A DNA stretch of 64,000 nucleotides from Octopus sinensis (GCF_006345805.1 NC_043006.1:89094001-89158000), one strand, 5' to 3'. Shown: positions 1 to 13,164, counted from the stretch's first letter. Notes: a model not told the origin generated them from the sequence alone. Numbers and translations are program-made.

Positions 1-1300
1 TAGTCCCTTCTTCTTTCTGTGGCTGTCTTCAGTTATGGCTTTATTTATCAGTAGCTGATCTTTACAGCCATATGAGCCCTTGCAGCAGCCCCTCTGCTCT
101 TCTGGAAGCAGGTTGCCGTTCAGTGGATTCGGGAATTAGGATAGTTTTCCCTTCATTAAGCCATTCAGGCATTGTCTCTGGCTCTGCTAGTATTTCATTA
201 AATTTTTCAGCCAGCTTTTTATGTGTTCCTGTTAGGTATTTTAACCAGAAGTTGGGGATCTTGTCGTACCCAGGTGTCTTTCAGTTGCTTAGTTTTTGCA
301 GTGCCTGGGTGATCACTTCAGTTGTTATAGGGGTCCAGAGTTGATCGTTGTTTTGATAAATCTTTTCTGAGGTAGTTCCTTCGCCGACCAGATTTCTTTC
401 CAAAACTCTTCCATTTCTTCTGCTGTTGGTGCCTCATTGATCTCTGTTTTATTTTTGCCAAGTTCTTGGTAGAATCTTTTGTAGTTGGAGTTGAACTGTT
501 TGTTTGTTCAAAGAAACGTTGACGTTTCTCATACCAGTAGATTCTTTATGCTTTGGCGAGTATATCTTGCTTTGGCTGTTCATTTACCTCAGGTATACCT
601 TGTTCTGTAATTTAGAATTTACGAAGTATTTTTCTTCTCTTCTTGTTGCTTAATAGCACCAATAATCATAAAGTATATAAAACATTACATGAAAAAATAG
701 TAGACAGTGCTACAGCTCCAGACAAGAGAGGGACTCATAAAAAGATTGACAGATCCTTTCTCTTATTTTCTATTTTTTCCTGGATATTATTTATCCACAG
801 GGTTTGTCTGGGTGGTGATACTCCTGTTTCGATGGGTTTTAGGGGCTATCCAGCTTCTTTTGTGGCCAGAGGGGCTGCTGCATATCATATATTATATCAA
901 TTAGCCTGGTCATACTGACATTTGTTTTTGTGTCTATTAGTTCTGTGACGGCCAGGTTCATGCTATTTATTATTGATGCTGTTTTACTATCAATTTTAAC
1001 TTCTGGGTGGTACAATCGGTGGTCCATACTGAGATCTGTGGCTTTCAATTCTTTGATTATATTCGTTTTTAGAGTATCATAATCAATAGTTTCACCTTCA
1101 TTGTTTCCAGGTTTTAGATTTGTTTCGTATTTCCTCCCGTTCATATTTTTGTTCGTGGTATTCTGGTTTGGTGCATTTTGCTCATCATTAAACGATCTTA
1201 GTTTGTTGTCTTTCGTTGTTTACTTCGTTTTTGTTGGACATGTTACGTCTGTCTTCGTGTTTTACAGTCCCAGTGCTTTTTCCTGATGTATTTTTCCTTT
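1..1300 (-). mobile_element. Decayed R4/Dong-like non-LTR retrotransposon fragment (N-terminal region and start of RT); runs off the left edge of the window
   Basis: Minus-strand translation gives WINNIQEKIENKRKDLSI, then LSN*KTPGYDKIPNFWLKYLTGTHKKLAEKFNEILAEPETMPEWLNEGKTILIP, then LLPEEQRGCCKGSYGCKDQLLINKAITED. These match R4/Dong-type RT motifs. Stops, frameshifts and a deletion of the NYRPI block are present. Confidence 0.75.
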
Positions 1301-1426
1301 TAAGTGTTCTATTTCTATTTCTGATATTTTTTTGAGAATATATCTCCGTATGTTAGCTAGTTTATTAGGGTTGTGCACGTGTAGTTTTTCGTACTTTTTG
1401 CGTAACAAGTTTAAAGTACATACTTT

Positions 1427-1470
<44 letters not shown>

Positions 1471-1481
1471 TATTATTATTA
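1427..1481. repeat. (CAT)n/(TAT)n microsatellite
   Basis: Direct inspection. Confidence 0.95.
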
Positions 1482-1852
1482 TCCTTATTATTCAGTAGTC
1501 TTATTCTTTTTACGTGCTTTCACTGCACTACCGAGCACAGCGATTATTGGTCTATAATTTCTAACTGCATTACCCTAGCCTTTATCTTTCATAAGGAATA
1601 GTGTTCTCCATCTACTCATAAAATCTGGTATTATTCCTCCATTCAGGTAATACTGAAGTTGTTCCCTAAGCTTCCCATGTAAACTACTAAATTTCTTTAG
1701 CTAGTACCCTTGATCTAAATCTAGTCCTGGGCCCTTCCAGTTTGGCATTGTCCTTAACACTTTACGACACATCAGATATTACAAGATGAGGGGAAATGAG
1801 AGATAGCTATTTTCGTCAAAAAGCTTGATTTTATAAAATGAGTAAAACGATA

Positions 1853-1855
1853 AAC

Positions 1856-1896
<41 letters not shown>

Positions 1897-1901
1897 TGAT
1901 G

Positions 1902-1962
<61 letters not shown>

Positions 1963-1967
1963 TGATG

Positions 1968-2031
<64 letters not shown>

Positions 2032-2042
2032 TGATAATAATT
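1853..2042. repeat. (AAT)n microsatellite with GAT interruptions
   Basis: Direct inspection; explains the poly-N and poly-L ORFs. Confidence 0.97.
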
Positions 2043-2723
2043 GGAAAATGAGATCTGTTATTATGAACTCAGTTCAGCGAGAAATTAGGAGCTCTACAAC
2101 CGCTGCATGTTGCTGTGATAGGCGGAGTGGATTCAACGTTATTTCGCAAATGATTTATTCTACATTTTACAAATTCCTGAAAATATATAAAGACGACGTA
2201 GCAAGTAATTAAATGCAAGAGTAAGCAATTCCGTCCTGCCGTAAGAAATCTATTCCAGCATATCTGGAGAAAAACTGATAAATAAATTGACAACGGTTTA
2301 CTACGAAAATTCATTAAACCAAACGTGAGTTCAAACACGAGCTCCTCGCCTTTACAAATTGTATTAAAACGACGACGGTTTAGATTAGTTTGTCTTATGT
2401 TAAAGATTGTGTCATCTGACAGATTCTGTAACGTATTTGGTTATAAGTCTAATTCTGTATAGACGTATATGTGTTAGAAGCGTGTACATAGGAATATGTT
2501 GTAGATATGTGCATATGTGTGCTTCAGCACAGAATGCTGGGTACCTCGTAGATGATGTGTAATTATCATTCATACATATATGTTTGTGAGAATATGTGTA
2601 TGTAACAGTATGTGACAATATATGTATTTGCCAGTAATGTTAGATCTGAAGATGTGACCACGTGTGTACCGTTGGCGATTCTTTTCCTCCGTCTTCCCTT
2701 CTCTGGATATTTCCTTTTCCTAT

Positions 2724-2758
2724 GTTTCTGACGAAGAGCTCCGCTCGAGACGTAAAAC
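2724..2758 (+). ncRNA. Degenerate minimal type I hammerhead-like motif in a probable PLE terminal fragment (about 2645-2870)
   Basis: GTTT-CTGACGA-A-GAGC(tcc)GCTC-GAGAC-GTA-AAAC. Stems I and II pair and stem III is the ACGT palindrome, but GAAA is mutated to GAGA. Confidence 0.55.
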
Positions 2759-2859
2759 CCTCCTTCTTCCCTTCATTCCTGAGCGTCCAATGATACTATA
2801 TTTGTTCCACGTCCTTGCGCTGTTGTGCTTTCTCTTGGTGTTTTCATGTTTGGATTAAG

Positions 2860-2972
<113 letters not shown>

Positions 2973-3026
2973 TATATAAGTGAATTGAAGAAATGGAGTT
3001 GAACGAAGATTGAACAGAAATCGTTT

Positions 3027-3119
3027 TATTTCATTCTACATGTGTTTCGAAAGGCACAATTTACCAAATTCCGATTGAATAATGAGACCATATTGTGTCT
3101 TTCTCTTCAGGAAGAAATA
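3027..3119 (-). ncRNA. Type I hammerhead ribozyme (inverted pLTR copy)
   Basis: Reverse complement of 5189-5281, with the stem III loop changed from ACGT to ACAT. Confidence 0.7.
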
Positions 3120-3228
3120 GGAAATCCGTTGGAAAAAACAAAAACAGAACAGAGGCGGAGCAAAACAAATCGAACTAGGCTCCTAAGAGCCCATGGCCAA
3201 ACTGTTTATCAGTGTATGTTGAAAACGG

Positions 3229-4518
3229 GTGGTGGGTGCGTTGAAGATTTTAACGGGTCAGGCAGCGGTCATTCCGGTGGGTGAGGGCACGGGGTGTGTA
3301 GATGTTCTTTGTGACGGGAGCGCGGCGGGTGCTGGGGCAGTCGCTCCCGCATTTAATTTAGCGAACAAGGATAATTATCGGTCCGGGGGATCTCACACTA
3401 ACCCAAAACCCGTTATTCATCCGAGAATCACCCACCCGAATGCGAGAGCTGGCGTCCCGACCCATCACATACATAGGAATAAGCATATATGGTTTGTAAT
3501 TCCCTTTGGTAAGCAGATTAGAACTAACCTCCTCCTCATGTTTCGACAAGCCATCGCCAATAACTTCCCCAGAAATTCCAAATATTACTCCACGGTTAAC
3601 TCGCATAAAGTTAGGATAGCTTTCTCCAACACTAAAAACGTCGCCCAGATAATCGGATCCCATAATAATAGGCTGCTTACTAAGACCCTATCACCTTTTT
3701 CCGGAGGCACAGCTTCTTCCGCTCCCGGTTTAATGCTCAGTAGGAATAATAATAGTAGTAATAATGATATGAGAGCCAGTACAGTGACTCATAATCTCAG
3801 CTCCAACCAGGGATTATATACTAGGGGTATAGTTATAAATAGGGGTGTTGTAATTGACGGTAACAATGGCAGTAGTGAGGTGAGCGCAGCTCGGCTCGTT
3901 AGGGTAGAGAGTCCCAATAGCAACCTCAGCATCGTTTCCGGCAATAGCAGCACCACGGGCACTAGCAATGACAGCACTCTGATAGATAGTGGAGAATCAG
4001 GGGTTATTCCGTTAGTTAATAGTGACGTAGTGGAAAATAAAGTAGTAAGCGGCTGCAGTTCTCGCAACGAATATAGTGACAGTAACGCAGTTCTAATTTC
4101 AGAAACTAATCCTAGCAGAATAAGATTCACGTCGGCGAACTCCAAGATCAGAAACGCCGTCTACCAATGCAAGGTTTACACGGACTCAGATGTCTACGCT
4201 TATGTCGGGGCCTCATCGTCAAGATTGGCTTTACGAATCTCCAACCATTACGCAACTTTTCGAGACATGAATAAACGCCAAACCACGGGACTTAGCAAGC
4301 TAATATGGCGATTGAAGAATACGAACTCAAGCTACAGGCTGGAATGGTCAATTTTGTCGGTGGCCCTCCCATTTGATAGGGGCAGAAGGAAGTGCAACCT
4401 TTGTGTCTCCGAACTCTTCCATATATTGTTCGCCAGAGACCGGGTGGTAAACGGACTTTTACAGTCGGCTTTTCGATGCCCCCATTGGCGGCGTTATACT
4501 TATCTTGCTTATAAATAA
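3229..4518 (+). CDS. PLE-derived open frame: post-RT linker, S/N/T-rich insert and GIY-YIG endonuclease (first ATG at 3538 gives 326 aa)
   Basis: HIWFVIPFGKQIRTN...FPRNSKYYSTVNSHKVRIAFS...IIGSHNNRLL resembles the PLE linker. AVYQCKV...YVG...LRISNH...LSKLIWRLK...EWSIL...CNLCVSE...N...CPH is a PLE-type GIY-YIG. The listed start is a GTG inside the inverted arm. Confidence 0.75.
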   Translation: MVGALKILTGQAAVIPVGEGTGCVDVLCDGSAAGAGAVAPAFNLANKDNYRSGGSHTNPKPVIHPRITHPNARAGVPTHHIHRNKHIWFVIPFGKQIRTNLLLMFRQAIANNFPRNSKYYSTVNSHKVRIAFSNTKNVAQIIGSHNNRLLTKTLSPFSGGTASSAPGLMLSRNNNSSNNDMRASTVTHNLSSNQGLYTRGIVINRGVVIDGNNGSSEVSAARLVRVESPNSNLSIVSGNSSTTGTSNDSTLIDSGESGVIPLVNSDVVENKVVSGCSSRNEYSDSNAVLISETNPSRIRFTSANSKIRNAVYQCKVYTDSDVYAYVGASSSRLALRISNHYATFRDMNKRQTTGLSKLIWRLKNTNSSYRLEWSILSVALPFDRGRRKCNLCVSELFHILFARDRVVNGLLQSAFRCPHWRRYTYLAYK

Positions 4519-5188
4519 CGCTTATAAATAATACTTGCACCCGGTTACACTACTTATATGAAAATAGCCCTTGGTAATAAATTCTGAAAAAGCCTTTAAG
4601 AGAAATATGATTAACCATTGCAAGGGGAATTACTCCTGTGTGATGAATGGGGCTTTGTTTTTGACGACGGGGGGTTTCTTTGACAAGGTATGATTAGACG
4701 AACACACGCACACATAAAATATTTTTCTGCCGCCCGACGGATTTTACAGCAGTGACCATTGTGTAGAGCTGTTTACAAACTGACAGCCGCGCGATCAAAC
4801 GCACACACGTACACATAAAATGTTTTCTACCCCTTGACGGATTTCTCAGCAGTGACCAGAATGTAGCGCTTCTTACCAACTTGCGCCCGCACACATATAT
4901 AGAACAGTAAACACACACATGTCTCTAAGTAGATTTTGTCTCGCCCCATATAATACATCTAATATTCTTTAAATAGTCAGAACTTTACTCTCGGTCACAG
5001 AGAACATCTACACACCCCGTGCCCTCACCCACCGGAATGACCGCTGCCTGACCCGTTAAAATCTTCAACGCACCCATACCCGTTTTCAACATACACTGAT
5101 AAACAGTTTGGCCATGGGCTCTTAGGAGCCTAGTTCGATTTGTTTTGCTCCGCCTCTGTTCTGTTTTTGTTTTTTCCAACGGATTTCC

Positions 5189-5281
5189 TATTTCTTCCTG
5201 AAGAGAAAGACACAATATGGTCTCATTATTCAATCGGAATTTGGTAAATTGTGCCTTTCGAAACACGTGTAGAATGAAATA
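5189..5281 (+). ncRNA. Type I hammerhead ribozyme in the PLE 3' terminal repeat
   Basis: Stem I TATTTCTTC/GAA(T)GAAATA; core CTGAAGA at 5198-5204; stem II GAAAGACACAAT/ATTGTGCCTTTC; GAAAC at 5260-5264; palindromic stem III ACACGTGT; GUA cleavage predicted after 5271. Confidence 0.85.
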
Positions 5282-5489
5282 AAACGATTTCTGTTCAATC
5301 TTCGTTCAACTCCATTTCTTCAATTCACTAATAATATTAAAATTCAATTATCCGCACCAACGCACGGTTGCAACACCATATGGTTGTACCTCCAACCGTG
5401 CTGTCTTCTGCTGTGATTTTTGCTACCAAGGTGTCGGTTAAACTTTTGATTAATCTGCAACAAGATTATTCATCTTTCTATTTCACATA

Positions 5490-5871
<382 letters not shown>

Positions 5872-5989
5872 AATGGACACAATAATAATAAAAAATCCCT
5901 ACTTACATAGTTTAATGACCAATTCACCAATTTGGTACTTAAGATTTAACGAGATTAAATTTTCGTATGTCTTTTCAGCATCTTGACCA

Positions 5990-8478
5990 TTCCGCTCTAT
6001 GTCCGTTCAGTATTCTGTCACTGTATGGCCTGAGGCATGCTGACCTCACTAACATGCTCTTTATGGAGCAAATAGTGTTCCATCCAACAAGAGGAAAAAA
6101 TGTTCTGGATCTCTGCTTCACAAACAACACGGCACTCATCCATAATGTTATGGTGACACCGACGATTTTCTCGGACCATAACTTAATAGAGCTAACAATG
6201 TATGGTCCGGAGAAGATGACAGACATGCGGGCTACTAGAAGCACCCAATTCCTCTCCAGCCCGAACTTTCACAAAGCTGATTGGAAGGCTATCGAAAAAG
6301 AGATCATGGAGCATAACTGATCTACCGGACTCTCTACAAAATATATTGACATAAAGCTACAACACTTTATGACGATCATGCATGACATCTGCAGTAAGTT
6401 TGCTCCAGAGAGAGTGCAGAGCCAGCAGAAAGATATAATACCCAGGGATAGGAGGATTCTAACGAGACGACGAGCAAAAATCTCAAATAGTTTAAATGGG
6501 CCACTAAAGGATAACAAATGATCTTACCTCAAACGAACATTGCTCGAGATCGAAAATGAACTCAAACACTCCCACGAAAAGGAGAGGGCAGAAAAGGAGA
6601 TCAGGGTGTCAAAATAGTAAGACAAACCCTAAAACCTTCTATAGGTATGCAAAAGAATCTGCTTCAGGGCCACTAATTGAAGAAAATGGCTCACCGACTG
6701 CAGACTCCCAGAGGATCAGTGAAATACTGAAAGCGCAATACAAAAGTGCTTTTACCACTCCACTGGGACACTTGCAAATAGCTATGCCTGATGAGTTCTT
6801 TGGCTCTACAGATCTACACAACGAAATGGCAATTATTGACAGCATCAACATAGAGGAACTGATGTGATATCAGCTATTGATGAGATGAGCTCAAACTCAG
6901 CAACAAGCCCTGATGGATTCCCAGCAACCCACCTAAAGAAATACAAAGGGACTCTAGCTAGACTACTTCAGATTCTCTTCCAGATCTTCCTCACAACAGG
7001 GAGACTTCCCAAAAAGTTAAAGGAAGGCTTTATATGTCCTATCCAAAAGAGAGGTAGCAGAGCAGATGCCAAGAATTATAGACCTGTTTCTCTAACTTCC
7101 CATGTCAGCAAGGTCATGGAGCACTTCGTCAGGAAGAAACTAATTGCATTCCTTGAAGATGACTTGCTTCCTGACACCCAGCATGGCTTTCGCTTAGGCA
7201 AAGCTGCCTTACACAGCTTTTGCAATACTATGATTGTGTGTTGAAACAATTAATGAATGTGATATTAATGTAGATGAGATATATCTTGACTTTGCAAAGG
7301 CCTTTAATAAGGTTGATAATAGGAGGATATCTCACAAGCTACAGAAACTAGTGGTTGCATGACTTCTTAAAAGACAGAAGCCAGTCTGTAGCAGCCAACG
7401 GAGCCCTCTCCACGGAGACATTACTAGAAAGTGAAGTGCCTCAGGGAAATGTATTAGGGCCGCTACTCTTTATGGTGACTCTTTCAGACATGCCATCAGT
7501 TGTACAGACAGCCTCACTTACTAGCTATGCCGACAACACTAAAGTAGTACAAGCAGTCAAGGAACCTTCAGTTGCTAATCTTCTACAGAAAAACCTGAAT
7601 GCCATACATAAATGGGCTGCAGACAACAACATGCAATTTAAGGCAGGCAAATTCCAAGCCCTCTGCTACCAGCTAATTGGTGCTCAGAAGTCATGACAAC
7701 GATACTTTGGACCAAAAGGAACGACAATCCTAGATTAACATACGGTGAGTGATTTTGAGATTGATATGAGCAACGATGCCTCGTTTCACATGCAAGTCAC
7801 CAAGACTGTAGCAGTGTGCAGGCGAATGGCCGGATACATTCTGAGAACCTTCAGAACAAGGCACCAAGAAAATATGCTGGTCCTATGGAGGACATTCGTC
7901 CTCAGCCATTTGGACTACTGCTCTCAACTGTGGTCACCTTACAATGTAGCATTTATAGCAGGACTTGAGGCGGTTCAGCGATACTACACGAGGAAGATTG
8001 CATCAATGAAACAGCTGAGCTACTGGGAGAGACTGAAAGAGCTACGACTCTACTCCATGAAGCGAAGACGGGAGTCGTATGCAGTGATATATGTGTGGAA
8101 GTTACTGGAGGGGCTGGCACCAAACTTTGGAATTTAGGATTATGCCAGACCTCAAAATGGACGTTACTGCACTGTTCCAAAAGTCTCAGCTGTCTCATCT
8201 AAGGTGAGGACCATGTACTGCAATAGCTTGGCATTCAAGGGCCCACAGCTATTTAACTCCTTGCCAAAGCATCTGAGGGATCTCCATGGAGTGGGGGTAG
8301 ATATTTTCAAGAAACAACTTGATCTCTCGCTATCCAAGATCCCAGATGAACCAATATCAAGACAGGAAACTCAAAAGAGGGCAGCGGTATCGAACTCTCA
8401 CCTTCACCAAAAGTCAATCAAACGGTGATAACAGTGGCTGTGCCCCAGGACTCAAACATAAAAGAATAAAAGAATAGG
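5990..8478 (+). mobile_element. Decayed 5'-truncated CR1-clade LINE (end of endonuclease, RT and 3' UTR)
   Basis: Successive broken frames give PTRGKNVLDLCFTNN, FSDHNLI, SPDGFP, KNYRPVSLTSHVSKVME, QHGFR, YLDFAKAFNKVD, VPQGNVLGPLLF, YADNTK, LDYCSQLWSPY, LEAVQRYYTRKI and YWERLKEL. Confidence 0.9.
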
Positions 8479-8647
8479 CGCAGACTTGGCTGTGTGGTAA
8501 GAAGTTTGCTTCCCAAACACATCGTTCCGGGTTCAGTCCTACTGCGTAGTACCTTCGGCAAGTGTCTTCTGCTATAGCCTCGGGCTGACCAAATCCTTGT
8601 GACTGGACTTTGTAGATGGACACTGAACGTCCATCGTGTATATGTAA

Positions 8648-8700
<53 letters not shown>

Positions 8701-8900
8701 TGTGTGTGTGTGTGTGTCTGTATTTCTCCCCCTACCGCAGCTCGACAACCGGTACTAGTGTGTTTACGTCTCCGATAGAATATGTGCCAAGCTTATGAAA
8801 AGTAAGTACTGGGGTCGATGCTTTTGATTAAAAATTCAAGGCGGTGCCCAAGCATGGCTGCAGTGTAATGGCTGAAAGAGAAGTAAAAGATAGAAGATAA
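8479..8900 (+). mobile_element. tRNA-derived SINE family B (CORE-like central region, internal (TG)n)
   Basis: Head TGGCTGTGTGGTAAG...CCGGGTTCAGTCC (A- and B-box-like), CORE-like CCTTCGGCAAGTGTCTT, tail GGCGGTGCCCAAGCATGGC. Several copies occur in the window. Confidence 0.8.
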
Positions 8901-9608
8901 AACATAAAAGATGTGCGCGCGCGAGCGCACGCGTGTCTGCGTGTGTGTGTGTGTGTAAACAGAAAGAAAGCAAAGACGGAAGATTTTCAGACGATGAATA
9001 TTTAAGTATAAATATGTAGATATTTATGTATCAAGATCAAACTTACACAGAATACAAACGAGAGAAAAAATTAAAATGGGGTGGTAAGGTGTTTTAAGTC
9101 CGACAGCTGTTTCTGGAGGCTCAGAGATCCATCATAATGTTTGTAGATGTAGTTCACCAGAATATGCAACCAGTAACGGAAGCTAACAAACATTGGATAA
9201 ATCGAACCTCCAGCATCAGGGTGAAAAAAAATTTTATTTTCAGATCACGATGCAGAGAAGTTTAAAGTTCAAATGTTTAATGTGGAGAGCAAGAATAATT
9301 AAATGCAGGAAGTAGGTGGGGACGTTTATTTGCTTCCATTACTGGCTGCATATGTTGGTGAACTACACCTACCAGCATTATGATGGATTTCCGAGCCCAA
9401 AGAAACAGCTGTTTGACTTGTAACACATTACCTCTTCCACTTTAATTTCCTATTTGTATTTTGTGTAAGCTTCATCTATTGATATATAAATATCTACATA
9501 TTCATAATTAAATATTCAGCGTCAGAAAATCTTAAGTTTTTACGTTCTTTCTATTTACATGTATACACACGCACAGACACACACACACAGATGCGCACAC
9601 ACACACAT

Positions 9609-9644
<36 letters not shown>

Positions 9645-9715
9645 GTATATGTATATGTATGTATATATATATATATGTATATATATATATACATATATAT
9701 ACACACACACACACA

Positions 9716-9824
<109 letters not shown>

Positions 9825-10015
9825 GTAAACATAGTCAAAATGCGATAAAATAAATTATTATCGCCGGTGATCTAGCACAAAAGACATTTTAGCCATAGGC
9901 TATATGTTATTCATATATAAGTACATTAAAAGGCTTCTAAAGGAAGAAGTGAGTACTAGATACACAAAAGTTGGATAAATTCAGTGAAATGAAAATTAAA
10001 AACGTTTACAAACTC

Positions 10016-10097
10016 GGTTCATCTTATACTGCAGTTTCGTCTTTTTCAGCATTAAATATAATTTATCTGCTCAGGTCAGATTCTTCAGTAAGCAACC
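10016..10097 (-). ncRNA. Type I hammerhead ribozyme (left arm)
   Basis: Reverse complement of 10456-10537; all core residues retained. Confidence 0.65.
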
Positions 10098-10455
10098 TGC
10101 TATTCTAGAAGTGCATATCAATAGAAGCATGTGCGACTCTACTAATTTGCTTTCTCTAACTTTTCAAATCGTTGCGCAGACGCAGAACATACCCGACAAA
10201 CAGAGGGGGTTCTGGTATAGGGTCTAACGGTCAAAATTTATCGAGAAATACGTAAACATAGTCAAAATGCGATAAAATAAATTATTATCGCCGGTGTTTA
10301 CGTATTTCTCGATAAATTTTGACCGTTAGACCCTATACCAGAAACCCCTCTGTTTGTCGGGTATGTTCTGCGTCTCCGCAACGATTTGAAAAGTTAGAGA
10401 AAGTAAATTAGTAGAGTCGCACATGCTTCTATTGATATGCACTTCTAGAATAACA

Positions 10456-10537
10456 GGTTGCTTACTGAAGAATCTGACCTGAGCAGATAAATTATATTTA
10501 ATGTTGAAAAAGACGAAACTGCAGTATAAGATGAACC
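10456..10537 (+). ncRNA. Type I hammerhead ribozyme (right arm)
   Basis: Stem I CTTA/TAAG, extended by GGTT/AACC; CTGAAGA at 10465-10471; stem II begins A.C then TCT/AGA; GAAAC at 10515-10519; palindromic stem III ACTGCAGT; GUA cleavage predicted after 10526. Confidence 0.7.
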
Positions 10538-10964
10538 GAGTTTGTAAACGTTTTTAATTTTCATTTCACTGAATTTATATAACCCTGAAGTTCTGCACCA
10601 TATAGTTAATAATGATACTATTCTTAGCATATAACCAAATGGTTAGAATTACATATCAACAAGGGGCTAGAACTGAAACACATATGTAGGACATTTTTTC
10701 ACCTTCCATTTCTTTTTGAGCCTTACGACTTATAATTTATTTATATCATTATTTTTGAAAAAGTTCAACATCTTTATAACGTACAAATAAATTATTCATA
10801 CATCCATCTTTCTCCATTTTCTTTCTTTCAATATTAATATGTATTACTACAATAATCCTTAACATATCGCAGAGACTTTTCTTTATATGACAGCGATTAA
10901 CCAGTGAAATTTTTTTGATTATATAATCCCTAGTGTGGATCTAACATCCTCAAATTGACTGAGT

Positions 10965-10997
<33 letters not shown>

Positions 10998-11212
10998 CTC
11001 TTTACTCTTTACTCTTTTACTTGTTTCAGTCATTTGATTGCGGCCATGCTGGAGCACCGCCTTTAGTCAAGCAAATCGACCCCGGGACTTATTCTTTGTA
11101 AGCCCAGTACTTATTCTATTGGTCTCTTTTGCCGAACCGCTAAGTGACAGGGACGTAAACACACCAGCATAGATTGTCAAGCAATGCTAGGGGGACAAAC
11201 ACAGACACACAA

Positions 11213-11265
<53 letters not shown>

Positions 11266-11436
11266 ATATATATACATATATACGACAGGCTTCTTTCAGT
11301 TTCCGTCTACCAAATCCACTCACAAGGCATTGGTCGGCCGGGGCCATGGCAGAAGACACTTGCCCAAGATGCCACGCAGTGGGACTGAACCCGGAACCAT
11401 GTGGTTGGTTAGCAAGCTACTTACCACACAGCCACT
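10998..11436 (-). mobile_element. SINE family B, full length
   Basis: Reverse complement reads GTGGCTGTGTGGTAAGTAGCTTGC...CCGGGTTCAGTCCCACTGCGTGGCATCTTGGGCAAGTGTCTT..., ending in an (AAAAGAGT)n tail. Confidence 0.88.
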
Positions 11437-11533
11437 ATATATATATATACTATATATATGTATACATATATATATATAATATATATATACATATATATTA
11501 TATATATATATATATATAGATATATATATATAT

Positions 11534-11566
<33 letters not shown>

Positions 11567-11587
11567 TATATATACATATATTATATT

Positions 11588-11960
11588 AAATTAGAGATAA
11601 AACCACTATTAGGCAAATCAAACAGTGAAAATCATAAGCCAATACATAGAAATAAAATTAATTAAAAAATATATAAAAAAGATAAAATATAAAATATAAA
11701 AATCCAATTAAAATATTTAAATTAAAGTTAAAATTTTTAAAAATTATTTCAATTAATTTAAACTTATAAATTATAAATATATATATTTTTTATTATTATT
11801 TTATTTAATTATTTTTTATTTATATTTTTTTTATTTTGTATTTTTTGTATTTTTTTATATTTTTATATTTTTTTTATATTTTTATATTTTTATATTTATA
11901 TTTATTTATTTATTTATTTTTTTATAAACTATCAAAAAGTATTAAAAGTTTAATAAGATA
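11588..11960. repeat. AT-rich remnant related to the terminal arm of the 24.3-25.7 kb element
   Basis: ATTAGAGATAAAACCACTATT..GCAAATCAAAC...CCAATACATA matches 24358-24410, followed by A-rich then T-rich sequence. Confidence 0.55.
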
Positions 11961-12326
11961 AAGAGTAAGATACATATATATATGTAAAAGATAATATATA
12001 TATATATATATAATACATATATATACACACATATATATATATACATATGTATACATATATATACATATATATATATATTATATATATACATATATATATA
12101 CATATATATATATATACATATATATAATATATATATATATACATACATACATATATACATATATATATATCAAACCCAAGCTGTTATATTTAATTAATAG
12201 CTATAATTTGTTTATCCGCATAAATCTCTCTCTATCACTCTCTCTCCCTCCCTCTCTCTAAGCACATACATACATATATACATGTATATATATGTGCGTG
12301 TATGTGTGTGTGTATGTTTATATATA

Positions 12327-13164
12327 TTAGGTCATCCAATGAATAATACGGTTTGTTTTTTCAATTGCATTAACTAAAAGTCGGTGGAATCCCATCGTAA
12401 CTGTTGAGGAACTAGCAGAGAAGCTGGGATTCGGACATTCGTTCATTCATCGATACCTGCGTGTCACCAGCAAATTGGGTCAATGGGTTTCTCACAAAGT
12501 TCCCGAGTCTAATCGCGCGCAGAGAGTGAATGTGTGCTCTTCTTTGCAGCAAAAGGTCCATTTCTCACCAATGAACCTTTTTTGGACCGAATAGTGAGTA
12601 GGGAAGGAGAAACACCGTTACCCCAGGCTAAATAAGGTCTTCACCCATGTAGTGTGTTGTTATCTGTTTGGTGAGAAATGAAGAGTTTAGTCCAATTTGA
12701 ACTTTTAAACCCAAGCCAAACGGTAAAAAAGGAGATCTACTGCGAGCAGCTTGGGCGGTTTAAGTCAGCGCTAGAAAGAAACCGACCATCTTTGGTTTCA
12801 AGATGTTCTTCCACATACAGCGAGGATGACATTCCAAAGGCTAGAGCAGTTTGAGTGGGAAACGATGCCCCACCCACCATATTCCTCGGTAATTGCTCCA
12901 TCTAATTATTATATATTCCGCAGTCTTCAAAATCATTTGGACGGAAAAAATATGAATTCTGTAGACGAGGTCAGAATACTAATGGAGGAATATTTTTCGT
13001 CACAGACAAGTGAATTTTGGAAGATTGGCCTTGCAAGTCAACCAGATAGATGGAAAAGCATTGTAGAAAATGAAGGAGAGTATATTTTAGATTTTAAAAA
13101 ATTCATCTTAATTTTGAAAACTAAAATAGCATTAAAAAGCTGCATTATTTATGGGATGACCCAG
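12327..13164 (+). mobile_element. Internally deleted mariner (Tc1/mariner) transposon relic with both TIRs and TA flanks
   Basis: TIRs TA-TTAGGTCATCCAATGAATAATACGG and CTGCATTATTTATGGGATGACCCAG-TA. Transposase remnants include KLGQWVSHK and HPPYSSVIAPSNYYIFRSLQNHLDGK...GLASQPDRWKSIVENEGEY. Confidence 0.9.

Larger units (their letters stand above)
2979..5329 (+). mobile_element. Penelope-like element lacking RT, with an inverted 5' copy of its 3' terminal repeat (pLTR)
   Basis: Inverted arms at 2979-3315 and 4994-5329 (about 337 bp, near-identical). The internal ORF has the PLE linker and a C-terminal GIY-YIG domain, and the terminal repeat contains a hammerhead. Confidence 0.88.

Noticed and set aside
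3229-3315. N-terminus MVGALKILTGQ... as a genuine protein start
   Set aside because: It begins at GTG and lies within the inverted copy of the 3' terminal repeat. The same peptide appears in antisense at 4985-5266.
8479-8545. tRNA-like heads with A and B boxes (many copies)
   Set aside because: No complete cloverleaf is evident and each continues into a SINE body.
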